From Octopus vulgaris (taxonomy: Eukaryota): 64,000 bases of DNA. How positions within the stretch are numbered: the stretch's first letter is position 1; every line of letters begins with the position of its first letter. Where the stretch lies: the NCBI GenBank assembly GCA_951406725.2, contig OX597817.1, positions 79,298,001-79,362,000 of the forward strand. Reading direction: 5' to 3'. Below are positions 46,115 to 61,166 of this stretch, piece by piece. Both the position numbers and the translations under genes were made by a program. The notes beneath the pieces are model-generated. The model saw nothing but the letters and a program-made list of their open reading frames with translations, searched no databases and was not told where the DNA came from.

Positions 46115-46730
46115 TCATCGTCGTTTAATGTCCACTTTCCATGCTGGCATGGGTTGGACAGTTTGACTGAGGAGTGTCAAGCTAGAAGGCTGCACCAGGC
46201 TCCAATCTGATCTGGCAAAGTTTCTACAGCTAGATGCCCTTCCTAACACCAACCACTCCAAGAGTGTTGTGGGTGCTTTTCATGTGCCACCTGTATCAGG
46301 GCTAGTCAAGCGGTACTGCCATTGACCACATTTGAATGGTGCTTTTTATGTGCCACTGGCATAGGAGCCAGTCAGGTGGCACTGGCAATGACCACACTTG
46401 AATGGTGCTTTTGACATGCCACCAGGATGGGACAAGTCAGCTGGCACCGGCATCGACTATGCTCAAATGATGCTTTTTACATACCACCAGCATGGGAGCC
46501 AGTCAGGCAGCACTGGCAACGACCACCCTCAAATGGTGCTTTTTATGTGCCACCAGCACAGGACTAGTCAGGCAGTACTGGCATTGACCATGCTTGAATA
46601 GTGCTTTTTATGTGCCACCGGCATGGGTGCCAATTAGGCGGTACTGTTATTGGCCACAACAATGGTTTCACTTGACTCAACAGGTCTTTACAAGTGCAGT
46701 TCATTGCCCAATGATTGAAGAGTACTCGTA
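46115..46730 (-). mobile_element. SINE-like family C with internal ~60-bp tandem array and (GAT)n tail, representative copy
   Basis: Shared block ggaagggcatc(c/t)agctgtagaaac..ccaacccatgc(t/c)agcatggaaag..(gat)n; about six units of ggtgctttt..gtgccac..cagtcaggc..actggc. Other copies at about 13900-14270+, 43890-44200-, 57165-57620+, 60370-60960+. Confidence 0.8.
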
Positions 46731-47627
46731 AATGGGGAGAGGAGTAGTCATTTACATCGACCCCAGGGCTTGACTGGTACTTAATTTAACAACCTCAGAA
46801 GGATGCAAGCCAAAGTCAACCTTGGCGGAATTTGAACTCAAAACATTAGGACAGACAAAATTCCGCTTAACATCTTGCCCAGCACACTAACGATTCTACC
46901 AGCTCACCACCTTAATAATGATAATAACAATAATAGTTACAAAAACAACAGCAGCAGCAGCAGCAGTAGCAGCAGCAACATTAATTATAACATGGTTTAT
47001 ACAAGAGGATGTTAAAACAACAGACTAACACTATGATTGTTTGCCACATGCACAAGTTATAACAATAATCAAACTTCAGACTTGTTGGCAAGTTGGCTAG
47101 CAGGTTCTTACAGCTCTCAAAACAATAAGTTGATGACAACATGTCTGTGTATTCTCCTTGTAATTATAGTTTATTTTGGTGGGCTATACCAGAATGGCCA
47201 GTATGTGCTCTAGTGTCATTGTCGGTAGTGGTGGTGGCAGCAGTGTTGTTGTTGTTGTTATTGTTGTTGCTGTTGGTGGTGGTGGTGGTGGTGGTGGTGG
47301 TGGTGGTGGTGGTGGTGATATTGATGGTGGTGTGTGCAGTAGGTGGTGGAGGTTAAAAGAGATGTATTCGTTGCGAAAGGTTCAAACAACAACAACAACA
47401 CCATCACCGATTCAATTATCATCTCTAGCATCAACACCATTAAGAAAAGAACAATAGAAGCACACATTCATCGTATACAAATACGTAAACTTATGCATAC
47501 ATTGCATATGTTTATACATACATATTAGATATATATATGTGGATATATGTATGTATGTATGTATATTCATGTACATACTTGAATATGTATATATATATAT
47601 ATGATTAAATATGTGTATATGTAGGTA

Positions 47628-47675
<48 letters not shown>

Positions 47676-47715
47676 TACATGCACATATACATTTCTTCAT
47701 GTCAGACAAACAGGT

Positions 47716-47838
<123 letters not shown>

Positions 47839-47843
47839 CTATC

Positions 47844-47878
<35 letters not shown>

Positions 47879-47922
47879 ATATATATTTATATATATATAT
47901 ATGTATGTATATAAATATACAT

Positions 47923-47954
<32 letters not shown>

Positions 47955-48934
47955 GCTCTCTCTCTATCTTTACTTTCTCTCTTCCTTTAACTCTCTCCCT
48001 TTCTCACACACCAACACATTCTATCGTGCATACAAAGTTTTAAATATCAAAAGGTTCGGAAGAAAAAACAAACCTATGTAAGTTAACAAATATAACAGCA
48101 AAAAAAAACACAAGACAATAATATTAAAGGACAACAAAACAAAAGCGACTTAAGAATAACCAAACAATTTAATAAAAAAGCCTCATCAAACATTTTATCA
48201 AACAATATTTGTAAGGGTATGTCAAAAACAACTCCGTCAAAAACAACTCTGTCAAAAACAACTCCGTCCTTCCACTCACAAACACATCAAAATTTGGTTA
48301 ACTTTGGAGTATAAATAGCCAGAGAAAAATGTTTTAAATTCTCTAAAAGATTTAAATTCTCTAAAAGATTTAAATTAAATGCGATCATTGTAAAAAGGAA
48401 ATGATGTTTCCTCTTCGCCGAAACAAGATATCAAAATATTTTGGGTCATTTTCTTGGACGGAATCATAAAGACTCTATATTTTGGATAATATTTGGATTT
48501 AATTAGCCATTTTAACTGAGCGCTGTAATTAAGCTATGATGTAATTGCTTCTTTGAACTTAAAAATAGATATAAAACTTTTTTATTTTGCATTCGCTTTG
48601 CATTAAAATCAACGAATAAATTTATAAATGAACAAAAATATAAGAGAGTAAATTTATTATAAGACTGTTTGTAAAAGCTGATTGTTGTTTTGATTCTCTT
48701 AATTATTAATAGTATTAGTATAAAGGTGATTGTCATCATCATCATCATCATCCTTATTATTGAATATTTGATTCTTACTTTTTTCCTATTTTTTAATTTT
48801 TAGCTTTCAATTTTTACATTTCTTCTGTTCTGTTTACATTGTGCATTGTGCATGTATACACCTGTGTGTGTTTGTGAACATGTGTTTGTACTTGTGAGTA
48901 TGTTGTGTGTGAGTATGTGCACACGTGTATTAGA

Positions 48935-48987
<53 letters not shown>

Positions 48988-49761
48988 GATATAGATATAG
49001 ATAGATAGATAGATGATATACGAACATATATATATAGTTATGTATAGATATATAAAAATTGATATCTAAACATACATATGTATATATTTGTGTACGTATG
49101 TATGTATATATTTGTGTGTATATATACATGCACACACATACACACACACATGCATCAATATACTTATACATATATACATTATATATATATACATATATAT
49201 GTACACATACAAACGCTGGCTTATATGCAGGTGTATGTGTATTTGCATGATTGTGTGAGCGTGTTTATCTCTGTCCATGTGAAATTTCTGTCTTCTTTCT
49301 TTTTTCAGAATCATTTTATTACTGCTTATTATTTTTTTCTAGTTATGCGTTTAGTATATTTAATCGCAAATCTTAAGCTATCAATAGATTTTCATTGCTC
49401 TGCTTTGCAAATTAATTAGTATTTTAGTTAATTATGCAATAATTTATATGCCACATCCTCTTCATTAAAAACAAATATATATATATATAGGTATAAAAAT
49501 ATATTTTTTGAAGATAAATGTGCAGAAAAACTTCATTTGAATTAAAGAACAAAAGATCTATTTTTGCATAAAATGCTGCTGCATAACAAATTAAAAATCC
49601 TTAAGCAAGTCCTGTTAATATTTGCATTTTCATCATCTGCCAACTTACTTTAACTGGGAAGTTTAAATTTCAGTGATTAAGCAATGGATACATATATACA
49701 TACTTGTATATATATGTATTCACACACATATATGTATATACATATTCACACACACACACAC

Positions 49762-49810
<49 letters not shown>

Positions 49811-49924
49811 CCATGCCAGCATGGAAGTAGACATTAAATAATGATGATGATATATGTATATCTATATCTATGTGTGTCTGTGTGCGTGTTTATGACTGAA
49901 ACAAGTAAAAGAGATATATATATG

Positions 49925-49962
<38 letters not shown>

Positions 49963-49981
49963 GTGTGTGTGTGTGTGTGTG

Positions 49982-50048
<67 letters not shown>

Positions 50049-50104
50049 GTATATATATATATGTATATATGTATATGTATATATGTATATATATATATGT
50101 GTGT

Positions 50105-50135
<31 letters not shown>

Positions 50136-51544
50136 AAGGCACATGGCTGAGTGGTTAGAATATCATGACGTAGTGAGTTTGATTCCTGGACCAGGCTGTG
50201 TGTTGTGTTCTTGAGAAAGACACTTTATTTCCTGTTGCTCCAGTTCACTCAACTCTAGAAATGAGTTGCAATGTCACTAGTGCCAAGTTGTATTGGCCTT
50301 TGCGTTTCCCTTGTAATAACATCAGTGGCTTGGAGAGGGGAGGCTGGCATGCAAAGGTGACTGCTGGTCTTCTATAAAACAACCTTGTCTGGACTTGTGC
50401 TCAGAGGGAGAACTTTCTAGGTGCAATCCCATGGTCATTCATGATCAAAAGGAGTCTTTACCCTTTGCCCATTTTGGATGGTGTTTGTCAGATGACATCA
50501 GAGATTAAGGGCAAGATAAATGACATTTGCTTCATTAATTTTACATCAAGATACGAACTTTGAGATATATTGGCCAACAGTTAAAATTAAGTTAGAACTG
50601 GAACAATAGAATGATTGCACTACAGAGGGAATTGCCATCCATTCTTGGCCTCTGATTAAGCACCATCAGGGCATATAGACATTACAGACGTATTATGATA
50701 ATGCTATTTAGCCCACTTCAGTTTTGGGTCTCATGCCCAATTAGCTCTCCACTGTATCTAGCTAAAAAGTACAACTTTTAAGCTACTAAATATAAACCAG
50801 GGTGCTTTGTGTTCCATTTCTTAATAAATGAAAAAATATATAGTAAATGCACAAATGAAAAAATGTGTAATGAATGCACAGGCAAATGGGAAAGCATACA
50901 CTGAGTGCACAAACAGACAGAAAACACAAACAGAAGGTCCCTGATTCTTTATCCGTTATCAGCCAGGAGGTATTACTCAGTTTTGCACCATTAATAATAA
51001 GAGTGAGATGCTTCCCATACTGGTGGTGCCTGTGAAAGTTGCAGAGAATATTGGACCGAGGACAAACAATACATGGAATACAGGCTATACAGAAGTAGAC
51101 ATACGAAAGTGAATAAATGTAATTCAAGATGATAGACAAATGACAAAGACAAAATAAATAAGAAACTAGCAAAATACTACCTTAAGGCCAAAAGAACGGT
51201 TGGTGGGTAACGCTTAGATGGCAATCCTAAGGGATTAGATATGCACCAAATAGACAACCATGCAGCTGTGCAACCATATTAGCTATACATTTACTATACA
51301 TTTTTTCAATTATTATATATATATATGTTCTTTTCTTTTATTATTTTATTTGTTTCAGTCATTTGACTGAGGCCATGCTGAAGCACCACCTTTAGTTGAA
51401 CAAATCAACCCCAGGATTTATTCTTTGTAAATCTAGTGCTTATTCTAACAGTCTCTTTGGTGAACTGCTAAGTTACGAGGATGTAAACACACAAATGTCG
51501 GTTGTCAAGTGATGCTGGGAGACACAAAAACACACACACACACT

Positions 51545-51583
<39 letters not shown>

Positions 51584-51586
<3 letters not shown>

Positions 51587-53800
51587 CGTGCATTGGAGCG
51601 GTTCAACTTCTCCAGGCGCCAACGCCACCTCAACATCTCCCCGGCTGAGCTCTTGGCTCTTCGTTCCCTCCAACGGCGCGCTGACATTATCATCAAACCG
51701 GCTGACAAGGGTGGAGCTGTAGTGGTGTGGCGCGCGGACCTCTATAGGGCCGAGGCTTTCCGCCAACTCAATGACACCTCCTTCTATTCCCCTCTGCCCT
51801 CTAACCCCACACGTAGCTACCAACAGACGGTATCCTCTACTGTCCAAGACCTCATCTCGTCCTCCCGTCTCCCCCGCACCGCATCCAACCTAATTGTGCG
51901 AACCCCACGTACCCCCACCATTTACTTCCTCCCCAAAATCCACAAACCCAACAACCCTGGCCGCCCCATCGTCTCCGCCTGTAACTGCCCCACGGAGCTC
52001 ATCTCTAAATACCTCGACCGTGTCCTTGCCCCCCTAGTGGCATCTCTTCCCTCCCACATCCACGATACCAACCATGCTCTCCGGCTTTTCAACTCTTTCT
52101 CCTTTCCTCCCGGCTCCTCCAAAATCCTTTTTACTATGGACATCCAAAGCCTCTATACTGTTATCCCTCACCACGAAGGACTGCAGGCCCTTCGACACTT
52201 TCTTGACCTCCGCTGTAACCCTGTACCTGACACCTCCACACTCATTCGTCTGGCCGAACTTGTCCTTACTCTGAACTGCTTCTCGTTCGCGGGCGAGTTC
52301 TACCATCAGGTCTCGGGAGTGGCCATGGGAACGCGAATGGGCCCCAACTATGCGAACCTGTTCGTTGGCTATGTTGAGGCCCAAATATTCTCTAATTTCA
52401 CTGGTCCCACTCCTGAACTATATGGTCGTTACATTGACGACATTATCGGTGCCACCTCACTCTCCCGCGAACATCTAGATTCCTTCCTCTCTTTCGTCCA
52501 ATCTTTCCATCCAGCCCTCCACTTCACTTCCACTATCTCCAACACCTCTGTCTCCTTCCTCGACATTTCGGTTAGCATTCTTCACTCCACTCTTACCACC
52601 TCCATTCACTACAAACACACAGACTCACACTCATACCTCAACTTCTCTTCCTCCCACCCAGAACACACCAAGCTTTCCATCCCCTATTCCCAATTCCTCC
52701 GTCTACGTAGGCTCTGTAGTGACGACCATGACTTTGAGACTCAGTCTCAACGTATGGCTCACCACTTCATCCTACGTGGATACCCCCTCACCACTATCCA
52801 CACCGCCCTTACCAGAGCACGGTCCGTGGACCGTGTATCTGCTCTCTCTCCCCGAACCCGCCCTGTAGTCTCCCGCCTCCCTTTTCCCCTCACTTACCAC
52901 CCCACGACCCTACGTCTCCAACGCACCATTCTTCGAGCTTTCCGTCATCTCCAGTCCGACCCGTCCACTTCACACCTCTTCCCTAACCGACCCCTCCCCT
53001 CTTTCAAACGAGCCCACAACCTTCGAGACCTTTTGGTCCATAGCTCCTTCCCTGACCCTACCTCCCAACCCGGCTCGTTCCCCTGCTCCCGCCCACGTTG
53101 CCGCACTTGCCCTTACCTCTCCAACACCACCCGCCTCACTAGCACCCACCATCGACCCTATCCCATCATCCACTCCTTCACCTGCACCTCCAGCAATATT
53201 ATCTATTGCATCTCTTGCTCTCTCTGCAATTCCTTGTACATCGGACAAACGGGACGCCGCTTGGCTGACCGGTTCGCGGAACACCTTCGTGACATCCACC
53301 TTGCGAACGACACACCGGTCTCACGCCATTTCCGCTCCACCGGTCACTCCTTGCAACACCTATCTGTGTTCGGTTTGTCCTTATACAGAGGCCATCCGGA
53401 TTCCCGTTTGCGCCGTGAAGGGGAATTAATCTTCTCTCTTCGCTCTTATACGCCATTTGGTCTCAACTCTCCCCCTCCTCATCTAACCCCTCTCCCCCTC
53501 CTCACCTATCCTTTCCCCCCGACCCCTACTTCTTCAGTCCTTCATCCTTTCACCCCTACTCCCCTTCCCTTCTTCCCTCTTTCTCCCTCCCTCTTCCCCT
53601 TCCCTCTGCTCCCTCACTCCCTCTCTCCCCTTCTCTCTCCCCCTCTCCCTCTTTCCTCCTTCATCCCCCTCCTCCCCATCCTCTCCTCTTCCCCCCTCTT
53701 CTTCCCCTCCCCTCTCTCCCCCCTCTTCTCCCCTCCCCCTCTTCTCCTCACTACACCACATGACTTTACACATCACATCACATATGATGTGCCATACTAA
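51584..53800 (+). CDS. Penelope-like element polyprotein (reverse transcriptase + Cys-rich linker + GIY-YIG endonuclease), 5'-truncated
   Basis: Uninterrupted frame with PLE RT motifs IKPADKGGAVVVW, YFLPKIHK, GRPIVS, MDIQSLYT, GVAMGTRMGPNYANLF, YIDD (52430-52441) and SFLDI; linker CSRPRCRTC; GIY-YIG NIIYC..LYIGQTGR..RF.EH..PFGLN. The ORF-track start at 51509 lies in flanking SINE/(TA)n, so the real element sequence begins at about 51584. Confidence 0.95.
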
Positions 53801-54038
53801 TACACACACCAACTAATACATACTAATACGTACTAATACATACTAGTACATACTAATACATACACCAACCCTATACATACACACGTCCAGACCCCGCATA
53901 CGCACTTATACTCTCTCATACACACACACACACACTTATACATACCAATACGTACTAATACATACTAATACATACTAATACATACACCAACCCCATACAT
54001 ACGCACGTCCAGACCAATCCTACGCACTAATACTCTCT

Positions 54039-54077
<39 letters not shown>

Positions 54078-54140
54078 ATACATACTAATACATACACCAA
54101 CCCTATACATACACACATCCAGACCCCTCCTACGCACTAT
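53795..54140 (+). repeat. Composite tandem repeats in PLE 3' UTR
   Basis: 10-bp CATACTAATA units plus three copies of catacaccaacc(c/t)atacatac..(g/a)tccagacc separated by (CA)n. Confidence 0.85.
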
Positions 54141-54309
54141 TAGCTGGTCCCTCAACCCATTTATCAACCCTATTATCTCCCCTTATTTCGCTCTCGCGTC
54201 TCATGTTTGATCTTTGACCTCTGGCCGAAATCAGATCGCCATGTTGATTCGTTAGCTACTGCACGCATTTTTTTCTCTCCTTCTTTCTGTGTTTTTCTCT
54301 CTCTGTGTA

Positions 54310-54347
54310 TCTTTCTGTTGAAGAGCGTAGGCTCGAAACGTTAAAGA
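54310..54347 (+). ncRNA. Minimal hammerhead-like motif in PLE 3' pLTR
   Basis: tcttt-ctg-TTGAAGA-g(cgtaggct)c-GAAA-CGT-T-aaaga: core with C3>U, 1-bp stem II, palindromic ACGT stem III, stem I tcttt/aaaga with a bulge. Confidence 0.55.
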
Positions 54348-54444
54348 CTTGTTTTATTTATATTTCCTGAGCGCCATACTAATACAATTGTTCGTTTGTT
54401 TTCCACCTGCCTTCGTCTTTTGTTTATTTTCATAAAGCTTCCCG

Positions 54445-54482
<38 letters not shown>

Positions 54483-54639
54483 GACAGGCTTCTTTCAGTT
54501 TCTGTCTACCAAATCCATCCACAAGGCTTTGGTTGGCCTCAGGCTATAGTAGAAGACAAATGCCCAATGTGCTACACAGTGAGACTGAACCCAGAACCAT
54601 CTGGTTGATAAGCAAGCTACTTACCACACAGCCACTCCT

Positions 54640-54726
<87 letters not shown>

Positions 54727-54756
54727 ATATATATATATAATATATACATATATATG

Positions 54757-54813
<57 letters not shown>

Positions 54814-55595
54814 CTCAAATATTCATTAGTTTCCCCTGTTTATTCACCCAAACATTTATATAGGTGAAACTGATAATAGAATAATACACATAGACACACA
54901 CACATACACAGATGCACACATACACACACATTCACACACACCCACACACATGTGTGTGCACTCTCACACATACACATACTTATGTATGTTTGTTTTATAT
55001 GTGTTTGGGTGCATGTGTATAGCTGCTTACATTATAATATGTAAAGTCACAAGCTGCAAACAGTGTTGTTCTTGTCACGACAAATCTTCTGCTTGCTTTG
55101 TGAGACATTGGATGAGTTTGCTGCAGATAGCCGTAAACACACTACCCATAGTGGTTGATTAAAGGCTGAATGTGTCAGATGATAAGACTTCAGAATCAGA
55201 ACTACTATAGGGTTAAAGCAACAAAAACCAAAACAAGAACAAAATCATTTAGTTCTAGGGGCCTAACTGAAGATTTCACCTTCACGTAATGTTTCTATTA
55301 ACAGGCAATCTAAGGTTAGTGAACCCTGCATGCAATAAAAACCTGTTAGGGCAATTTGAACTCAGCTCAGAAAGCTATCGAAATATCTATCAAATTACAA
55401 TGCTTCTGCTGTTTCAAGAATTCAGTTGCAGTTATTTATGGTACCTATTTATGGTACCTATTTATAGTAAGATGAAATGAACCAGCAAGAATCAGGTGTC
55501 TCAGTCATTGTTACTTATCGAATTCAACATGGATCATAAGTAGGGATGTTCAAACTAGTTGTTAGATGTCTTCAATCAGAACTTAAAACCTTGTG

Positions 55596-55644
<49 letters not shown>

Positions 55645-56670
55645 CTCCACCAGAATATTAAAGAATGGTAAAACATGTGAGAAATGTCAAAAAGAAAAAC
55701 TGAAGAAAATAGGAAGAAGCTATCTGAAATATTGTGAAGACAAGCAAAAATGCACACATGCCCATACACATAAGCACACATAAAAATGCATTTATTTGTT
55801 ATTATTGAAGTTGACAAACTTTCTCTTACATGAATTTTGATCCTGGGAATGTGTTTCGTAACATACACTCATGAACAAACACACACAGGTAGAGAGATAG
55901 ATAGATGGATGGATGAATGGATGGATGGATGAATAGAGGGATACAAGATTATATGGCTGTTTGTATTATATTATCTCGTTTTGGGATTTGGTTTGCAAGA
56001 TTCTTTATATGAGTTTGTGTGTTGAAGCATATTCTGTTGTGTCTGGGGAGAGTCATTTTCTTTTTGTGCCTTATAATGTAACACACTCACTGGTAAAATT
56101 TCCACTTATTTCTTATTTTTCTTTTCCTAAAATTTTCATTGTATCTTGCAACCTTTTCAATAGTGTTGACTATATTAACTTTTCCTTTAGAGTGGCTACC
56201 TGGCAGAATTGTTAGCATGCTGGGCAAAATGCTTAGCAGCATTTCATCTGTCTTCGTGTTCTTAGTTCAAATACTGTCTAGGTCAGCTTTATCTTTCATC
56301 CTTTCGAAGTTGATGAAATGAAGCACCAGTTGGGTGCTGAAGTTGATGTGATCAACTTAGACACTTCCTTAAACTTTCAAGCCTATTCCTTTTAGCAGAA
56401 CGAAAAGAATGGATTATATTAACTTTCAACTAATCTGGTGGATTATTCTATAATTTTCTGCAGTACAGATTCAAGAATATTGTTGACAGTGACTTTAAAA
56501 AATGCAGCCAGCTAATCTGCCATCAGACTTCAGACAATGGCTTAGCTGGATGAAACTTCGAAGTCACTGCCAACAACATTATTGTCTGAGAAAAATAAAT
56601 ATATATAAGATTAGGTTTACATATATAAAAATCTGTATATATACATGTATATACATGTATATATGTATGC

Positions 56671-56708
<38 letters not shown>

Positions 56709-56772
56709 TGATAAAAATGGTAAGACAACAAAAGAATGAAAGAGACCTCGATATTATGTAAATAGAGGAATT

Positions 56773-57152
<380 letters not shown>

Positions 57153-58791
57153 TGACAGAGGCTAACCAACTTCCGTGCCAGTGGCACTTAAAGGGCATCA
57201 TTCGAGTGTGATCTTTACCAGCGTCGCCTTACTAGTAGGGTGCCCAAGAGCACCATCCGAGCGTGATCATTGCCAGAGCAGCCAACTGGCTTCCGTGCCG
57301 GTGGGCATGTAAAAAGGCACCATTCGAGCGTGATCATTACCAAAATCGCCTTCTGGCACCTGTGCCGGTGGCATGTATAAAAGGATTTGAGCGAGGTCGA
57401 TGCCAGTACCACCTGACTGGCCACTGTGACGGTGGCACGTAAAAGCACCCACTACACTCTTGGAGTGGTTGGCATTAGGAAGGAAGGGCATCCAGCTGTA
57501 GAAACTCTGCCAGATCAAGACTGGAGCCTGGTGCAGCCATCTGGTTTGCCAGCCCTCAATCAAAATCGTCCAACCCATGCTAGCATGGAAAGCAGATGTT
57601 AAACGATGATGATGATGATGATACATACACCATGGAATCTCCTGTTATTAAACAACAGATGAGGGTTCAATAATTTCTTATCGAACAACCACATCAGTAA
57701 ATTGTCTACAGTGGTCAACTGTTGATGTTCACATCAGTTCACTCAATCCAACAAGTCCACATTGCCTGTACAGGTGCAGAGGAATGCCATGCACCAGATG
57801 TCAAAATGATCACAGGGTAACAGGAAATAAAGTATTTTGCTCATGAACACGACACACCTGACAGTCTGGAAATTGAAACTATGATCTCATATGAAGACAC
57901 ACACATATATATATATGTGTGTGTATATGGATATATAAATATGTATATATAAGCATACATTATCATCATCATCATCATTTAACGCCAGTTTTCCATGCTA
58001 GTATGGGTTGGACGATTTGACTGAGGACTGGCAAACAAACATATATACATGTGTGCTTATATATATATATATATATATATATACGCATACATATACGTTA
58101 ATTTCCTTCTCCTCCTGTCTCTCATTCTATGCACACACATACACATATATGATTACTTACACATGCATACACACACACAGACACTCACGCACATATATAT
58201 GTGCGTGAGTGTGTGTGTGTAAGTAATTATATATGTGCATGTGTGTGCATAGAATGAGAAAAGAAATAAACATATATCTCTACACAAACACATATCTATG
58301 CTCTATATACATATACACTCACATAATAATGGTAATTCCTCTATAATGTAAAAACAAAATATAATTAAAATACAGTGTGTGTGTGTATGTATACACTCTT
58401 TACTCTTTTACTCTTTTACTTGTTTCAGTCATTTGACTGTGGCCATGCTGGAGCACTGCCTTTAGTCATACTAATTGACCCCAGAACTTATTTTTTGGAT
58501 GCCTAGTACTAATTTTATCTGTCTCATTTGCCGAACTGATAAGTTACAGGGATATAAACACACCAGCATCAGTTGTCAATCGATGTTGTGGGGACAAACA
58601 CAGACACAAACATATACATACACATACATATATACGACAGGCTTCTTTCAGTTTCTATCTGCCAAATCCATTCACGTGGCTTTGGTCGGCCCGAGGTCAT
58701 AGTAGAAGACACTTGCCCAAGGTGCTACGCAGTGGGACTGAACCCGGAACCATGTGGTTCGTAAGCAAGCTACTTACCACACAGCTACTCC

Positions 58792-58849
<58 letters not shown>

Positions 58850-59283
58850 GGCAGACATACATACATACAGACAGATAGATAGATAGATAGATACATGTGT
58901 GTGCATGTGTGTGTGTGTGCGTGTGCAATTTCTATTTTCTAATAATAAAAAAAAATGAAGCTACACAATATGTAAAGATGTTTTCTTTTTTTAGTAGTGT
59001 TATATATAAAAAAATTACTCAATGTAAGCTTCTGATGAAAAAATATCTAATTAATGATACAATGTTTTTAAGGTCTCTACTTTTGTGCTTGAAAAGCTTG
59101 TTTATTTCTAAATTTGCAATTAGCTTTTGAAAAAGCAATTAGCAATAATATTTGTTTTCTATACGCCTAATAAATACACTTAAATTCTTGTTACATACAC
59201 CCATTGTTTATCCTTTTATAATTTCATTTGTCCCCTTAAGAAAGTATAATCAAAACAATATTTTTTTTAATATAAACTGAAGA

Positions 59284-59318
<35 letters not shown>

Positions 59319-59501
59319 AGTATGTATATGTGTGTATATGTGTATGCATGTATATGTATATATATTTAATTAATATTTATGTATATCCATATATGTATAT
59401 GTGTATGTGTGTATGTGTGTGTGCTTGTGAATGTATGTATATCATATATCTTTTGATTCATTTATATATATATATACATACAAATATATACTTTTATATG
59501 C

Positions 59502-59539
<38 letters not shown>

Positions 59540-61132
59540 CATATATATGTATCTATATATATGTATATATATATGTATATATATGTATATATGTATGTAT
59601 ATATATATAGAGAATGAAAGTATAGATATATGTGCTTATACATATATATGTATGCATGTGTACCTCTATACATATATGTAATATACAGACATACTGCATA
59701 CACACACAAACCCATATGCACATGCACACACATACATGCATGTAGATATACACTTACCAGAGCTATTTAGAACCTTATTTTTCTTCATTAATTTTCTTTT
59801 GAATGCAGTAAATTAAAACTCTAATTTAGCATCCTTGTAAAAACATGGATAAAAATAAGGAAGCCATAAAAAATTTTATGAAATATATGAAAAATAACTT
59901 TGCATTTAAGCAACTGCAAATGTATTGTGCAAACTTTATTGACAATCTTATTACAAAATACAGGTGACTGCTGTGACACTGTAGCTTGTGGTTAAAGATT
60001 GCTACTAAGGCAGCAAGTAAAGTTTTATAAAATTATAATACAGGTGCAGGATAGATATGGTTCCAAGTTCATTCCCACTGCGTGACACCTTTCAAATATG
60101 AATTCAAATATGTTTGACTGACAAAATCATTATTTGAGTTGTTTGATACAGATGATACAAACAAGATCTAAACTTTTTGATACACTTTGTTATTGGTATA
60201 CATACTTATAAACATATATGTGTGTGTGTGTGTGTGTGCAAGTATATATCTGTATATACACATATCTCCCCTTAGATTTTTCTATCTGTTGATTCATTTC
60301 ATTCACAAGCTCCCATACACAGCATGGACTGAAATTTTCTTAAGAAAATACAAAAATACAATAATTTCAATATCATGATTAGTGAAAGTGAAACTGGTTG
60401 GGCCTCACAGAGGCAATGATGAAAGACTGAGACCTCTGGAAATATGCTGTGACTGCGAAGACCCGGTAAATAAAGTGAGTTCACAGCTGTATCCTACACC
60501 AGTTTTGCATAACCAACCACAGCCCATTCAAAAGTACCTTGGATCGTGGGCAACCTGCTGTGCTTGAGGAAACCTATTGAGTGAAGTACATCAACATCAA
60601 AATGAAAATCAAATGGAAATTATAGTTGTGATACCCATGCCGGTGGGAAGTAAAAGGCACTATCCGAATGTAGCTGATGCCAGTGCCGCCTTGACTGGCT
60701 TCTGTGCTGGTGGCACGTAAAAAGCACCAACCGATCGTGGCCATTACCAGCCTCCTCTGGCCCCTGTATTGATGGCACGTAAAAAGCACCCACTACACTC
60801 ATGGATTGGTTGGCATTAGGAAGGGTATCCAGCTGTAGAAACACTGCCAGATCAGACTGGAGCCTGGTGCAGCCTCTTGGCCCTAGACCCCAGTCGAACC
60901 GTCCAACCCATGCTAACATGGAAAGCAAACGTTAAACAATGATGTTGATGATGATGATGATTAAAACTACGTATGCTGTGTGCATTTTCCTTCTTTTATT
61001 TCAAATGTATTTTTTTTTAATTACAATTTACCAAGTGGGGATAATCGAAATTCTCTCCCGCCCTTTTTCTAACTCATATCTATACAGATATCTACCTATG
61101 CCTATGTACATACATATGCATATATACATACC

Positions 61133-61166
<34 letters not shown>

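Larger units (their letters stand above)
51584..54445 (+). mobile_element. Penelope-like retroelement (C-terminal EN, possibly Neptune-type) inserted in (TA)n
   Basis: RT-GIY-YIG ORF, then a pyrimidine-rich tract, a tandem-repeat 3' UTR and a pLTR-like end with a hammerhead-like motif. Both ends abut (TA)n and the element splits a SINE. Confidence 0.92.

Noticed and set aside
46280-46660. CRISPR-like repeat-spacer appearance
   Set aside because: Whole units are homologous (no unique spacers), they lie inside a eukaryotic SINE-like element, and there are no cas genes.
51509-51583. N-terminal MMLGDTK..YIYIY of the 763-aa ORF as a fusion protein
   Set aside because: It derives from antisense SINE plus (TA)n; the in-frame join is fortuitous.
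51922-53812. Antisense ORFs overlapping the PLE
   Set aside because: Expected shadows of a GC-rich, C-skewed coding strand.
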